The notes under the pieces are model-generated. The model saw only the letters and a list, made by a program, of their open reading frames with translations. It did no database searches and had not been told where the DNA came from. The translations under genes were made by a program, and so were the position numbers. Positions 1 to 10,800 of a stretch of DNA of 64,000 nt are shown here, piece after piece. Numbering within the stretch: the stretch's first letter is position 1; the number at the start of each line of letters is the position of its first letter. The DNA is from Eutreptiella sp. 'Long Island Sound 2002'. Its lineage: Eukaryota; Protista; Euglenida. The DNA lies in the NCBI GenBank assembly GCA_964036045.1, contig OZ038379.1, forward strand, positions 20,522,001 through 20,586,000. The letters are read 5' to 3'.

Positions 1-116
1 ACCTAGTAAAAAAAAAGTTTTTTTTACTAGGTTTCGGAACCTAGTAAAAAAGGTTTTTTTTTACTAGGTTTGAGAACCTATTGAAAAAAAACTCTTTTTT
101 TTAACTAGCTTTCTAG
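1..116. repeat. AT-rich hairpin array (ACCTAGTAAAAA...TTTTTACTAGGT units)
   Basis: Three consecutive self-complementary units ACCTAGTA(n)..T(n)ACTAGGT; the same family recurs at 22791-22958 and 27480-27620, with a variant at 18806-18940. Confidence 0.85.
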
Positions 117-1016
117 GTAGCCACCTTGCCCACTTGTGGGCCACTTCTGATTCTGCCCCCCGCTCTAAAGCGGTGGGGACCCCCTCGGCGGCAGGGGTTA
201 TGTAGCCACCTTGCCCACTTGTGGGCCACTTCTGATTCTGCCCCCCGCTCTGAAGCGGTGGGGACCCCCTAGGAGGTAGGGGTTATGTAGCCGCCTTGCC
301 CAATTGTGGGCCACTTCTGATGCTGCCCCCCGCTTTGAAGCGGTGGGGACCCCCCAGGTGGCAGGGTTTATGTAGCCACCTTGCCCACTTGTGGGCCACT
401 TCTGATTCTGCCCCCCGCTCTGAAGCGGTAGGGACCCCCCAGGTGGCAGAGGTTATGTAGCCACGTTGCCCACTTGTAGGCCACTTCTGATTTTGCCCCC
501 CGCTTTGAAGCGGTGGGGACCCCCTCGGCGGTAGGGGTTATGTAGCCACCTTGCCCACTTGTGGGCCACCTCTGATCGTGCCCCCCGCTCTGAAGCGGTG
601 GGGACCCCCTCGGCGGTAGGGGTTATGTAGCCACCTTGCCCACTTGTGGGCCACCTCTGATCGTGCCCCCCGCTCTGAAGCGGTGGGGACCCCCCAGGCG
701 GCAAGGGTTATGTAGCCTCCTTGCCCACTTGTGGGCCACTTCTGATTCTGCCCCCCGCTTTGAAGCGGTAGGGACCCCCTAGGCGGCAGGGGTTATGTAG
801 CCACCTTGCCCACTTGTGGGCCACTTCTGATTCTGCCCCCCGCTCTGAAGCGGTGGGGACCCTGCAGGTTGTGGGGGTTATGTAGCCACCTTGCCCACTT
901 GTGGGCCACTTCTGATGCTGCCCCCCGCTCTGATGCTGTGGGGACCCCCCAGGCGGCAGGGTTTATGTAGCCACCTTGCCCACTTGTGGGCCACTTCTGA
1001 TTCTGCCCCCCGCTCT
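117..1016 (+). repeat. 85-bp tandem repeat, ~10.5 copies
   Basis: CCACCTTGCCCACTTGTGGG (or a close variant) starts at 121, 206, 291, 376, 461, 546, 631, 716, 801, 886, 971 (period 85). Confidence 0.97.
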
Positions 1017-1217
1017 AGGGGGACTCACAATCCTTTTTTGATTTTGCTCCCCGCGCTAGGCGTTGGGGACCCCCGAGAATGCGGGGGCGACATAGCAATT
1101 CCGCCCTCTTTTCGGCGCCCCTTTTTCCTTTTGGCCTTCGTGTTTGCAACAGTGTCCTCCAAGCAAAGCTCTACGGAAGGCGCCGAGGCAGGCACAAAGA
1201 AATCGGCAACAATGAGA
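1017..1217 (+). repeat. ~200-bp dispersed core element (copy 1)
   Basis: Near-identical to 23240-23435; its 3' part (CCTTCGTGTTTGCAACAGTGTCCTCCAAGCAAA...GAAATCGGCAACAAT) also occurs at 25724-25816. Confidence 0.9.
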
Positions 1218-4200
1218 CCCCCCTCGAGTTGGGGTTAGGGACTCGCAATCCACGCTTTGTTGCGTGGCCCCTCGAGTTGGGGTTAGGGGCGCACAATCCA
1301 CGCTTTGTTGCGTGGCCCCTCGAGTTGGGGTTAGGGACTCACAATCCACGCTCTGTTGCGTGGCCCCTCGAGTTGGGGTTAGGGACTCACCATCCACACT
1401 TTGTTGCATGGCCCCTCAAGTTTGGGTTAGGGACTCACAATCCACGCTTTGTTGCGTGGCCCCTCGAGTTGGGGTTAGGGACTCACAATCCACGCTCTGT
1501 TGCGTGGCCCCTCGAGTTGGGGTTAGGGACTCACAATCCACGCTTTGTTGCCTGGCCCCTCGAGTTGGGGTTAGGGACTCACCATCCACGTTTTTTTGCG
1601 TGGCCCCTCGAGTTGGGGTTAGGGACTCACCATCCACGCTTTGTTGCGTGGCCCCTCGAGTTAGGGTTAGGGACTCACCATCCACGCTTTTTTGCGTGGC
1701 CCCTTGAGTTGGGGTTAGGGACTCACAATCCCCGCTCTGTTGCGTGGCCCCTCGAGTTGGGGTTAGGGACTCACCATCCACGCTTTGTTGCGTGGCCCCT
1801 CGAGTTGGGGTTAGGGACTCACCATCCACGCTTTGTTGCATGGCCCCTCGAGTTGGGGTTAGGGACTCACAATCCACGCTTTTTTGCGTGGCCCCTCGAG
1901 TTGGGGTTAGGGACTCACCATCCACACTTTGTTGCATGGCCCCTCAAGATTGGGTTAGGGACTCACAATCCACGCTTTGTTGCGTGGCCCCTCGAGTTGG
2001 GGTTAGGGACTCACAATCCACGCTTTGTTGCGTGGCCCCTCGAGTTAGGGTTAGGGACTCACCATCCACGCTTTGTTGCGTGGCCCCTCGAGTTGGGGTT
2101 AGGGACTCACAATCCCCGCTCTGTTGCGTGGCCCCTCGAGTTGGGGTTAGGGACTCACAATCCCCGCTCTGTTGCGTGGCCCCTCGAGTTGGGGTTAGGG
2201 ACTCACAAACCACGTTTTTTTGCGTGGCCCCTCGAGTTGGGGTTAGGGACTCACAATCCACGCTCTGTTGAGTGGCCCCTCGAGTTGGGGTTAGGGATTA
2301 CAATCCACGCTTTGTTGCGTGGCCCCTCGAGTTGGGGTTAGGGACTCACAATCCACGCTCTGTTGCGTGGCCCCTCGAGTTAGGGTTAGGGACTCACCAT
2401 CCACGCTTTTTTGTGTGGCCCCTTGGGTTGGGGTTAGGGACTCACAATCCCCGCTCTGTTGCGTGGCCCCTCGAGTTGGGGTTAGGGACTCACCATCCAC
2501 GCTTTGTTGCGTGGCCCCTCGAGTTAGGGTTAGGGACTCACAATCCACGCTGTGTTGCGTGGCCCCTCGAGTTGGGGTTAGGGATTACAATCCACGCTTT
2601 GTTGCGTGGCCCCTCGAGTTGGCGTTAGGGACTCACAATCCACGCTCTGTTGCGTGGCCCCTCGAGTTAGGGTTAGGGACTCACCATCCACGCTTTTTTG
2701 CGTGGCCCCTTGAGTTGGGGTTAGGGACTCACAATCCCCGCTCTGTTGCGTGGCCCCTCGAGTTGGGGTTAGGGATTACAATCCACGCTTTGTTGCGTGG
2801 CCCCTCGAGTTGGGGTTAGGGACTCACCATCCACGCTTTGTTGCATGGCCCCTCGAGTTGGGGTTAGGGACTCACAATCCACGCTTTTTTGCGTGGCCCC
2901 TCGAGTTGGGGTTAGGGACTCACCATCCACACTTTGTTGCGTGGCCCCTCAAGATTGGGTTAGGGACTCACAATCCACGCTTTGTTGCGTGGCCCCTCGA
3001 GTTGGGGTTAGGGACTCACAATCCACGCTTTTTTGCGTGGCCCCTTGAGTTGGGGTTAGGGACTCACAATCCACGCTTTGTTGCGTGGCCCCTCGAGTTA
3101 GGGTTAGGGACTCACCATCCACGCTTTGTTGCGTGGCCCCTCGAGTTGGGGTTAGGGACTCACAATCCCCGCTCTGTTGCGTGGCCCCTCGAGTTGGGGT
3201 TAGGGACTCACAATCCCCGCTCTGTTGCGTGGCCCCTCGAGTTGGGGTTACGGACTCACAATCCACGCTCTGTTGCGTGGCCCCTCGAGTTGGGGTTAGG
3301 GACTCACAATCCACGTTTTTTTGCGTGGCCCCTCGAGTTGGGGTTAGGGACTCACAATCCACGCTCTGTTGCGTGGCCCCTCGAGTTGGGGTTAGGGACT
3401 CACAATCCACGCTTTGTTGCGTGGCCCCTCGAGTTGGGGTTAGGGACTCACAATCCACGCTTTGTTGCGTGGCCCCTCGAGTTGGGGTTAGGGACTCACA
3501 ATCCACGCTTTTTTGTGTGGCCCCTCGAGTTGGGGTTAGGGACTCACAATCCCCGCTCTGTTGCGTGGCCCCTCGAGTTGGGGTTAGGGACTCACAATCC
3601 ACGCTCTGTTGCGTGGCCCCTCGAGTTGGGGTTAGGGACTCACAATCCACGCTTTTTTGCGTGGCCCCTTGAGTTGGGGTTAGGGACTCACAATCCACGC
3701 TTTGTTGCGTGGCCCCTCGAGTTGGGGTTAGGGACTCACCATCCACGCTTTGTTGCGTGGCCCCTCGAGTTGGGGTTAGGGACTCACCATCCACGCTTTG
3801 TTGCGTGGCCCCTCGAGTTGGGGTTAGGGACTCACAATCCACGTTTTTTTGCGTGGCCCCTCGAGTTGGGGTTAGGGACTCACAATCCACGCTCTGTTGC
3901 GTGGCCCCTCGAGTTGGGGTTAGGGATTACAATCCACGCTTTGTTGCGTGGCCCCTCGAGTTGGGGTTAGGGACTCACAATCCCCGCTCTGTTGCGTGGC
4001 CCCTCGAGTTGGGGTTAGGGACTCACAATCCCCGCTCTCTTGCGTGGCCCCTCGAGTTGGGGTTAGGGACTCACAATCCACGCTCTGTTGCGTGGCCCCT
4101 CGAGTTGGGGTTAGGGACTCACAATCCACGTTTTTTTGCGTGGCCCCTCGAGTTGGGGTTAGGGACTCACAATCCACGCTCTGTTGCGTGGCCCCTCGAG

Positions 4201-6224
4201 TTGGGGTTAGGGATTACAATCCACGCTTTGTTGCGTGGCCCCTCGAGTTGGGGTTAGGGACTCACAATCCACGCTTTGTTGCGTGGCCCCTCGAGTTGGG
4301 GTTAGGGACTCACAATCCACGCTTTTTTGCGTGGCCCCTCGAGTTGGGGTTAGGGACTCACAATCCACGTTTTTTTGCGTGGCCCCTCGAGTTGGGGTTA
4401 GGGACTCACAATCCACGCTCTGTTGCGTGGCCCCTCGAGTTGGGGTTAGGGATTACAATCCACGCTTTGTTGCGTGGCCCCTCGAGTTGGGGTTAGGGAC
4501 TCACAATCCCCGCTCTGTTGCGTGGCCCCTCGAGTTGGGGTTAGGGACTCACAATCCCCGCTCTGTTGCGTGGCCCCTCGAGTTGGGGTTAGGGACTCAC
4601 AATCCACGCTCTGTTGCGTGGCCCCTCGAGTTAGGGTTAGGGACTCACCATCCACGCTTTGTTGCGTGGCCCCTCGAGTTGGGGTTAGGGACTCACAAAC
4701 CACGCTTTTTTGCGTGGCCCCTCGAGTTGGGGTTAGGGACTCACAATCCACGCTCTGTTGCGTGGCCCCTCGAGTTGGGGTTAGGGACTCACAATCCCCG
4801 TTTTTTTGCGTGGCCCCTCGAGTTGGGGTTAGGGACTCACAATCCACGCTTTGTTGCGTGGCCCCTCGAGTTGGGGTTAGGGACTCACCATCCACGCTTT
4901 GTTGCGTGGCCCCTCGAGTTGGGGTTAGGGACTCACAATCCACGTTCTTTTGCGTGGCCCCTCGAGTTGGGGTTAGGGACTCACAATCCACGCTCTGTTG
5001 CGTGGCCCCTCGAGTTGGGGTTAGGGATTACAATCCACGCTTTGTTGCGTGGCCCCTCGAGTTGGGGTTAGGGACTCACAATCCCCGCTCTGTTGCGTGG
5101 CCCCTCGAGTTGGGGTTAGGGACTCACAATCCCCGCTCTGTTGCGTGGCCCCTCGAGTTGGGGTTAGGGACTCACAATCCACGCTCTGTTGCGTGGCCCC
5201 TCGAGTTGGGGTTAGGGACTCACAATCCACGTTTTTTTGCGTGGCCCCTCGAGTTGGGGTTAGGGACTCACAATCCACGCTCTGTTGCGTGGCCCCTCGA
5301 GTTGGGGTTAGGGATTACAATCCACGCTTTGTTGCGTGGCCCCTCGAGTTGGGGTTAGGGACTCACAATCCACGCTTTGTTGCGTGGCCCCTCGAGTTGG
5401 GGTTAGGGACTCACAATCCACGCTTTTTTGCGTGGCCCCTCGAGTTGGGGTTAGGGACTCACAATCCCCGCTCTGTTGCGTGGCCCCTCGAGTTGGGGTT
5501 AGGGACTCACAATCCCCGCTCTGTTGCGTGGCCCCTCGAGTTGGGGTTAGGGACTCACAATCCACGCTCTGTTGCGTGGCCCCTCGAGTTAGGGTTAGGG
5601 ACTCACCATCCACGCTTTGTTGCGTGGCCCCTCGAGTTGGGGTTAGGGACTCACAAACCACGCTTTTTTGCGTGGCCCCTCGAGTTGGGGTTAGGGACTC
5701 ACAATCCACGCTCTGTTGCGTGGCCCCTCGAGTTGGGGTTAGGGACTCACAATCCCCGTTTTTTTGCGTGGCCCCTCGAGTTGGGGTTAGGGACTCACAA
5801 TCCACGCTCTGTTGCGTGGCCCCTCGAGTTGGGGTTAGGGACTCACAATCCACGCTCTGTTGCGTGGCCCCTCGAGTTGGGGTTAGGGACTCACCATCCA
5901 CACTTTGTTGCATGGCCCCTCGAGTTGGGGTTAGGGACTCACAATCCACGCTTTGTTGCGTGGCCCCTCGAGTTGGGGTTAGGGACTCACAATCCACGCT
6001 TTTTTGCGTGGCCCCTTGAGTTGGGGTTAGGGACTCACAATCCACGCTTTTTTGCGTGGCCCCTCGAGTTGAGGTTAGGGACTCACCATCCACGCTTTGT
6101 TGCGTGGCCCCTCGAGTTGGGGTTAGGGACTCACAGTCCACGCTTTTTTGCGTGGCCCCTCGAGTTGGGGTTAGGGACTCACAATCCACGCTCTGTTGCG
6201 TGGCCCCTCGAGTTGGGGTTAGGG
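1218..6224 (+). repeat. 48-bp satellite (~104 copies) containing GGGGTTAGGG telomere-like motif
   Basis: Consensus CCCCTCGAGTTGGGGTTAGGGACTCACAATCCACGCTTTGTTGCGTGG; eight 47-bp variants (GGGATTACAATCC); some units read TTAGGGTTAGGG. Confidence 0.98.
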
Positions 6225-6532
6225 AGAAAGCCCCTTCCTCACAACCCCGTGTGGCTGCACAATCTCAATCCCAATCTGATTCTAACCGCACGGGAAAGGA
6301 GAGAGCCCCTTCTTCACAACCGAAACCACCGGCTAAAAAAACCAAGAAAAGGAAGCAACCCGATCAACCTCGAACATGCACCGAGGAGGAGGTGGCAAAA
6401 ATGAACAAACAAACGGCTCCATATACATGGTAAAGCACGGGAGCTCACCCTCTTGACCCCCCAAAAGATGGTGTTGAATGGTGGATTAAGTGTTGTGGCG
6501 GATCTCGGTCCTTAAGGAACGTAATCAGTTAT

Positions 6533-7636
6533 ATGGGTATTGATGCCTACTCTGCCGAGGAGTTTTGGCTAAAGTATGGGCATGATGAGATACTTCCACG
6601 CGAACATTTTTTCCGCTTCTTTTTCTTCCTTAAGCACACTCCACCTCATAGGTGTGCTCATCTCCTCTGTGGAGCAACAGGGTGCTGTGAGGAGGCTTGG
6701 TGGGCAAGTGTGCATCGTGTTCGTTCTTACTTGAATGGTGTTGTCGCTGAAATTCGATGGGCGGAAAGATTGTCGGAGTGGAACCACGCCCCACGCTTTC
6801 CGTATTTTGTGACGCATTACATGGATAGCATGCCCATTGCTTCCATAGGAGGCATCCTTTGTGATGTCCTATTTAATCCTAAATACGCCGGGTGCGTATA
6901 TAAAGTTACGGTTGCCATTGGCAGCCTTGGCAACATCATGTGGATTTGTCCGTTGCCCCCCCCCCCCCCCCCGGGACATCGCCTGTGACACGGGGGCGTT
7001 CGGTAGCCAAGTATCCGTTGCTTCATGGCCGGGACATCGGCGGATGTTCTCATTTGGGATCACGAAGGGCCGAAAAGGAGCAAGGGGCATGAGATGGATT
7101 ATAAGATTGGCTCCATGGATGGTGCATACAAGGGGCACCTCCATGTGGCATGGTCATTTATCGGTCGAAAGACGTTGACCGAGCGACAAAAGGAGTACAA
7201 TGATATTCATGGTTTCTATAGGACACATATTGAGCACTTGTTTGCACGCATGTGGCACTGGGGCATCGTAAGGAACATATGGAGGGGATCCGGTACGGAG
7301 TTGCATGAGTACGTGCGTTTACTCTTGCATTTGCAGCAATTTTTGATTCGAAGACAGGTACGGTACCCTTCATATGGGCCCTGGGAACACGTACCTGCAC
7401 ATGTATGGACCGCACCTACACAGGAGGACAATGATGATGAGGATATTGTGGGTGATGATGGGGATGTATGTGCCCTTTGTTGCACCAAGTTTGACCCTGA
7501 AAAGATGTCCATGTATGCCAAGTGTGAACTGCAATATTGTACGGATTGCATTGACACACACACATGTGACATTTCTTTAATTTTGCAATTGTGCCTTGTT
7601 GTGCACACAAGTTGCGTATTCTCAATGTGTACTTAG
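6533..7636 (+). pseudogene. DDE_Tnp_4-like transposase, disrupted, with C-terminal Cys-rich finger
   Basis: ORFs 6533-6988 and 7025-7636: MDSMP...FNPKY...YKVTVAI...GTSAD...MDGAYKG...YNDIHGFYRTHIEHLFAR (D-D-E); broken by a C17 run and a 47-bp insertion; C-terminal CALC...C...YCTDC..H.C. Confidence 0.8.
6982..7028. mobile_element. 47-bp insertion with 11-bp target-site duplication
   Basis: Flanked by CCGGGACATCG at 6971-6981 and 7029-7039; the insert matches the end of a dispersed element at 29351-29396 and 51451-51497. Confidence 0.85.
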
Positions 7637-7884
7637 TTGACAGTGGAACAAAAAGACAGTTGTGTGTTGTTGAGGGTGGCGACCAATGCGCTATTCATGG
7701 CTTTTCCAGTTGTGCATGATGTGTGTTATGTGAAGGGAACGTTGTTTGCAACTTTCTTGAGCTGGGGCAATTTGGGTCACCTAATTCTAAGGGCGTTTCC
7801 AAGGGGTGTGCCTGGGGGCTCTTCAGGGGGGAACATTGTCTAAAAATGGCGCGCAGTGCGCGCGCAGTGCAAGGAATCCCCCTT

Positions 7885-10800
7885 CGTTTGTGTGTGTGCA
7901 TGCGTGTTGGGGCATGCAAGCAGCTGTAGGGTATTTACCCTCCCCTCTTTTGTCCAGCCCTGACCGTCCATCTCCCCATCAGGGGGTGGGGGGGGGGACT
8001 ATCACTGGGTAGTTCCCAAAGAAAACGCAACAGTGACAATGAAGATGGTGGTGATGAAGAGGTAGGACAATCTCCCTCCTCAACATCCTCCCCATCAATG
8101 TTGATCACCTGACCCTCTTGAACACTGTGTACACTTGCCCTGAAACCGTGTACACTGTGCTTGCCACTAGAATGCACAGACTCAGGCCCATCCAAGCAAG
8201 ACCGATCAGAGCTAGGTCCGTCAGAGGTGGATCTATCAGCAGTGAAGTGGTTTGTGACAGTGGACAGTGACAGTGAAGTGGTTTAGGCGAAGTTTGCTCA
8301 GGGAACCTGTTGGATAGGCCGCACTCTTGGGGACAAGTCGTATTTTACATGGGACATCCCGGATGTAAAGACGATACCCAAAAGCTGTTGGCACCAAAAG
8401 TGCCCAAACCTGGACGCTAACCTGCACCCAAACGCAGAAAGCACCCTGCAGCGAAGCCCGCTGCAGCCAGCTCGCAGTGGATTGCGAATTCTGCTTATTT
8501 GCATCATGTGCCTGACAGCATCAGCATCTATGTATGTCAGCGTGTATCCAAGAGCCTTTGGCAACCACCAGCAAGCAAGTGACCAGCCATGAATTGTGCA
8601 CAGGTTTGAGTGATGTCTGCAGCGTGTGTTTCGTGGTATTGTCTCGCAATTAATGCCATATTCTGGAACGGCAAGGGTCCTTGAGGTACCATGGAAGGGT
8701 GGGAGTATGACATGTGGGTATGTGTCCCTTGAATCCCTTATAAAGTGCATGGCGCAGTGTGCACAACGGACAAACTCCGTCCACGTGGAGGAGCCACAGG
8801 CTGTGGTGATTGCGTCAGATGCAGCCCGCACCCTTTTTGGGAACTTCGCCTTGTCAATTGCGAAACTGTCCTGCACCCCCTTTATTTAGTCTTTCAAACG
8901 CCCAACAGCATCGATGCGCTGCAAGTTGGGGGAGTCATCCCACCCATCAAAGACCAACCATCATGCCCAGGCTCGGCCATCATGGTGGGCGCAGGCATCC
9001 CCGCAAATGTTTAAAAGGACATCACACCTTGGCTTGTGACGTGTTTCCTGCACTTTTGGCACCTGAACCTGAACTTGGCTGGTGTTAGCGCAAGGACTGG
9101 GGAGGGGAGGGGGGGCACAAGGCTTATCTTCTCCCACCTTTGTTTTTCATGCTGGGGCTAGATACAGCAACGGGGTTGCTCTTTTTGATGCTCCAGGGTT
9201 CCTATTGACAAGGGCCCTTGTCCAATTTCATGCAATGAAAGGCGCCTAGCCTGCATGATTGGCTGTTTGGCCTCCATTTCCTGTTTGGTCTGACAAGAAG
9301 TCCACTGCCCGTGCCCATGTTGTGCTGCCTTCAGGGTCGGTGCTGGGTTGCTTCACATGTTGTGTTTGTGTGTGTGTGTGTGACTGTGGTCAAAGGGTTT
9401 GTTTCTCGTGTTGGGTTGGTGGGAACCAGAGCAGGGTCTGTGTCCAACATGTTACTTCTATACCTGTCACTGGAGCGCAATTAGCATTCATTCTGTTGCA
9501 CAGGCTGCAGAAAATTTCTGTCGATCAATGTCTGCACGTGCCAATACAGAACGAATGACCCCCAGTGCCATGTGTGTTTGTGTGTGTGTATGTGTGTATG
9601 CGTGCATGTGTGTTGGGGCATGCAGGCAGCTGTAGGGTATTTACCCTCCCCTCTTTTGTCCAGCCCTGACCGTCCATCTCCCCATCAGGGGGTGGGGGGG
9701 GGAGGACTATCACTGGCGAATTCCGAAAGAAAACGCAACAGTGACAATGAAGATGGTGGTGGTGAAGAGGTAGGACAATCTCCCTCCTCAACATCCTCCC
9801 CATCAATGTTGACCACCTGACCCTGAAACCGTGTACACTGTTCTTGCCACTAGAATGCACAGACTCAGGCCCATCCAAGCAGGACCCACCAGAGCTAGAC
9901 CCGTCAGAGGTGGATCCATCATCAGTGAAGTGGTTTAGGCGAAGTTTGCTCGGGGAACCTGTTGGATAGGCCGCACTCTTGGGGACAAGTCGTATTTTAC
10001 ATGGGACATTCCGGATGTAAACACAATCCCCAAAAGCTGTTGGCACCAAAAGTGCCCAAACCTGGACGCTATTCTGCACCCAAACGCAGAAAGCACCCTG
10101 CAGCGAAGCCCGCTGCAGCCAGCTCGCAGTGGATTGCGAATTCTGCTTATTTGCATCATGTGCCTGACAGCATCAGCATCTATGCATGTCAGCGTGTATC
10201 CAAGAGCCTTTGGCAACCACCAGCAAGCAAATGACCAGCCATGAATTGTGCACAGGTTTGAGTGATGTCTGCAGCGTGTGTTTCGTGGTATTGTCTGGCA
10301 ATTAACGCCATATTCTGGAACGGCAAGGGTCCTTGAGGTACCATGGAAGGGTGGGAGTATGACATGTGGGTATGTGTCCCTTGAATCCCTTATAAAGTGC
10401 ATGGCGCAGTGTGCACAACGGACAAACTCCGTCCACGTGGAGGAGCCACAGGCTGTGGTGATTGCGTCAGATGCAGCCCGTTATAAAGTTATAATTCTGA
10501 AGTGACCGGAAACTTCTGCATAAGACAAATCGCAATTCCAACACTTTCTACAACACTTGCACACATCATCACCTAACCATCACCCGTCGTAAATGCCAGC
10601 ACCCTTTTTGGGAACTTCGCCTTGTCAATTGCGAAACTGTCCTGCACCCCCTTTATTTAGTCTTTCAAACGCCCAACAGCATCGATGCGCTGCAAGTTGG
10701 GGGAGTCATCCCACCCATCAAAGACCAACCATCATGCCCAGGCTCGGCCATCATGGTGGGCGCAGGCATCCCCGCAAATGTTTAAAAAGACATCACACCT

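Larger units (their letters stand above)
6225..7882 (+). mobile_element. 5'-truncated DDE DNA transposon, PIF/Harbinger-ISL2EU type
   Basis: Transposase remnant; right end ...GCAGTGCAAGGAATCCCCC; 7771-7882 matches the 3' end of the MITE at 15064-15163. Confidence 0.75.

Noticed and set aside
1218-6224. CRISPR array
   Set aside because: Units are contiguous with no unique spacers; no cas genes; eukaryotic context.
1218-6224. True telomere
   Set aside because: No pure (TTAGGG)n tract, and complex sequence lies on both sides.
1079-6404. Long repetitive ORFs (WPLELGLGTHNPRFVA etc.)
   Set aside because: 48 is a multiple of 3 and several frames lack stops; 47-bp variants shift frames freely, so there is no coding constraint.
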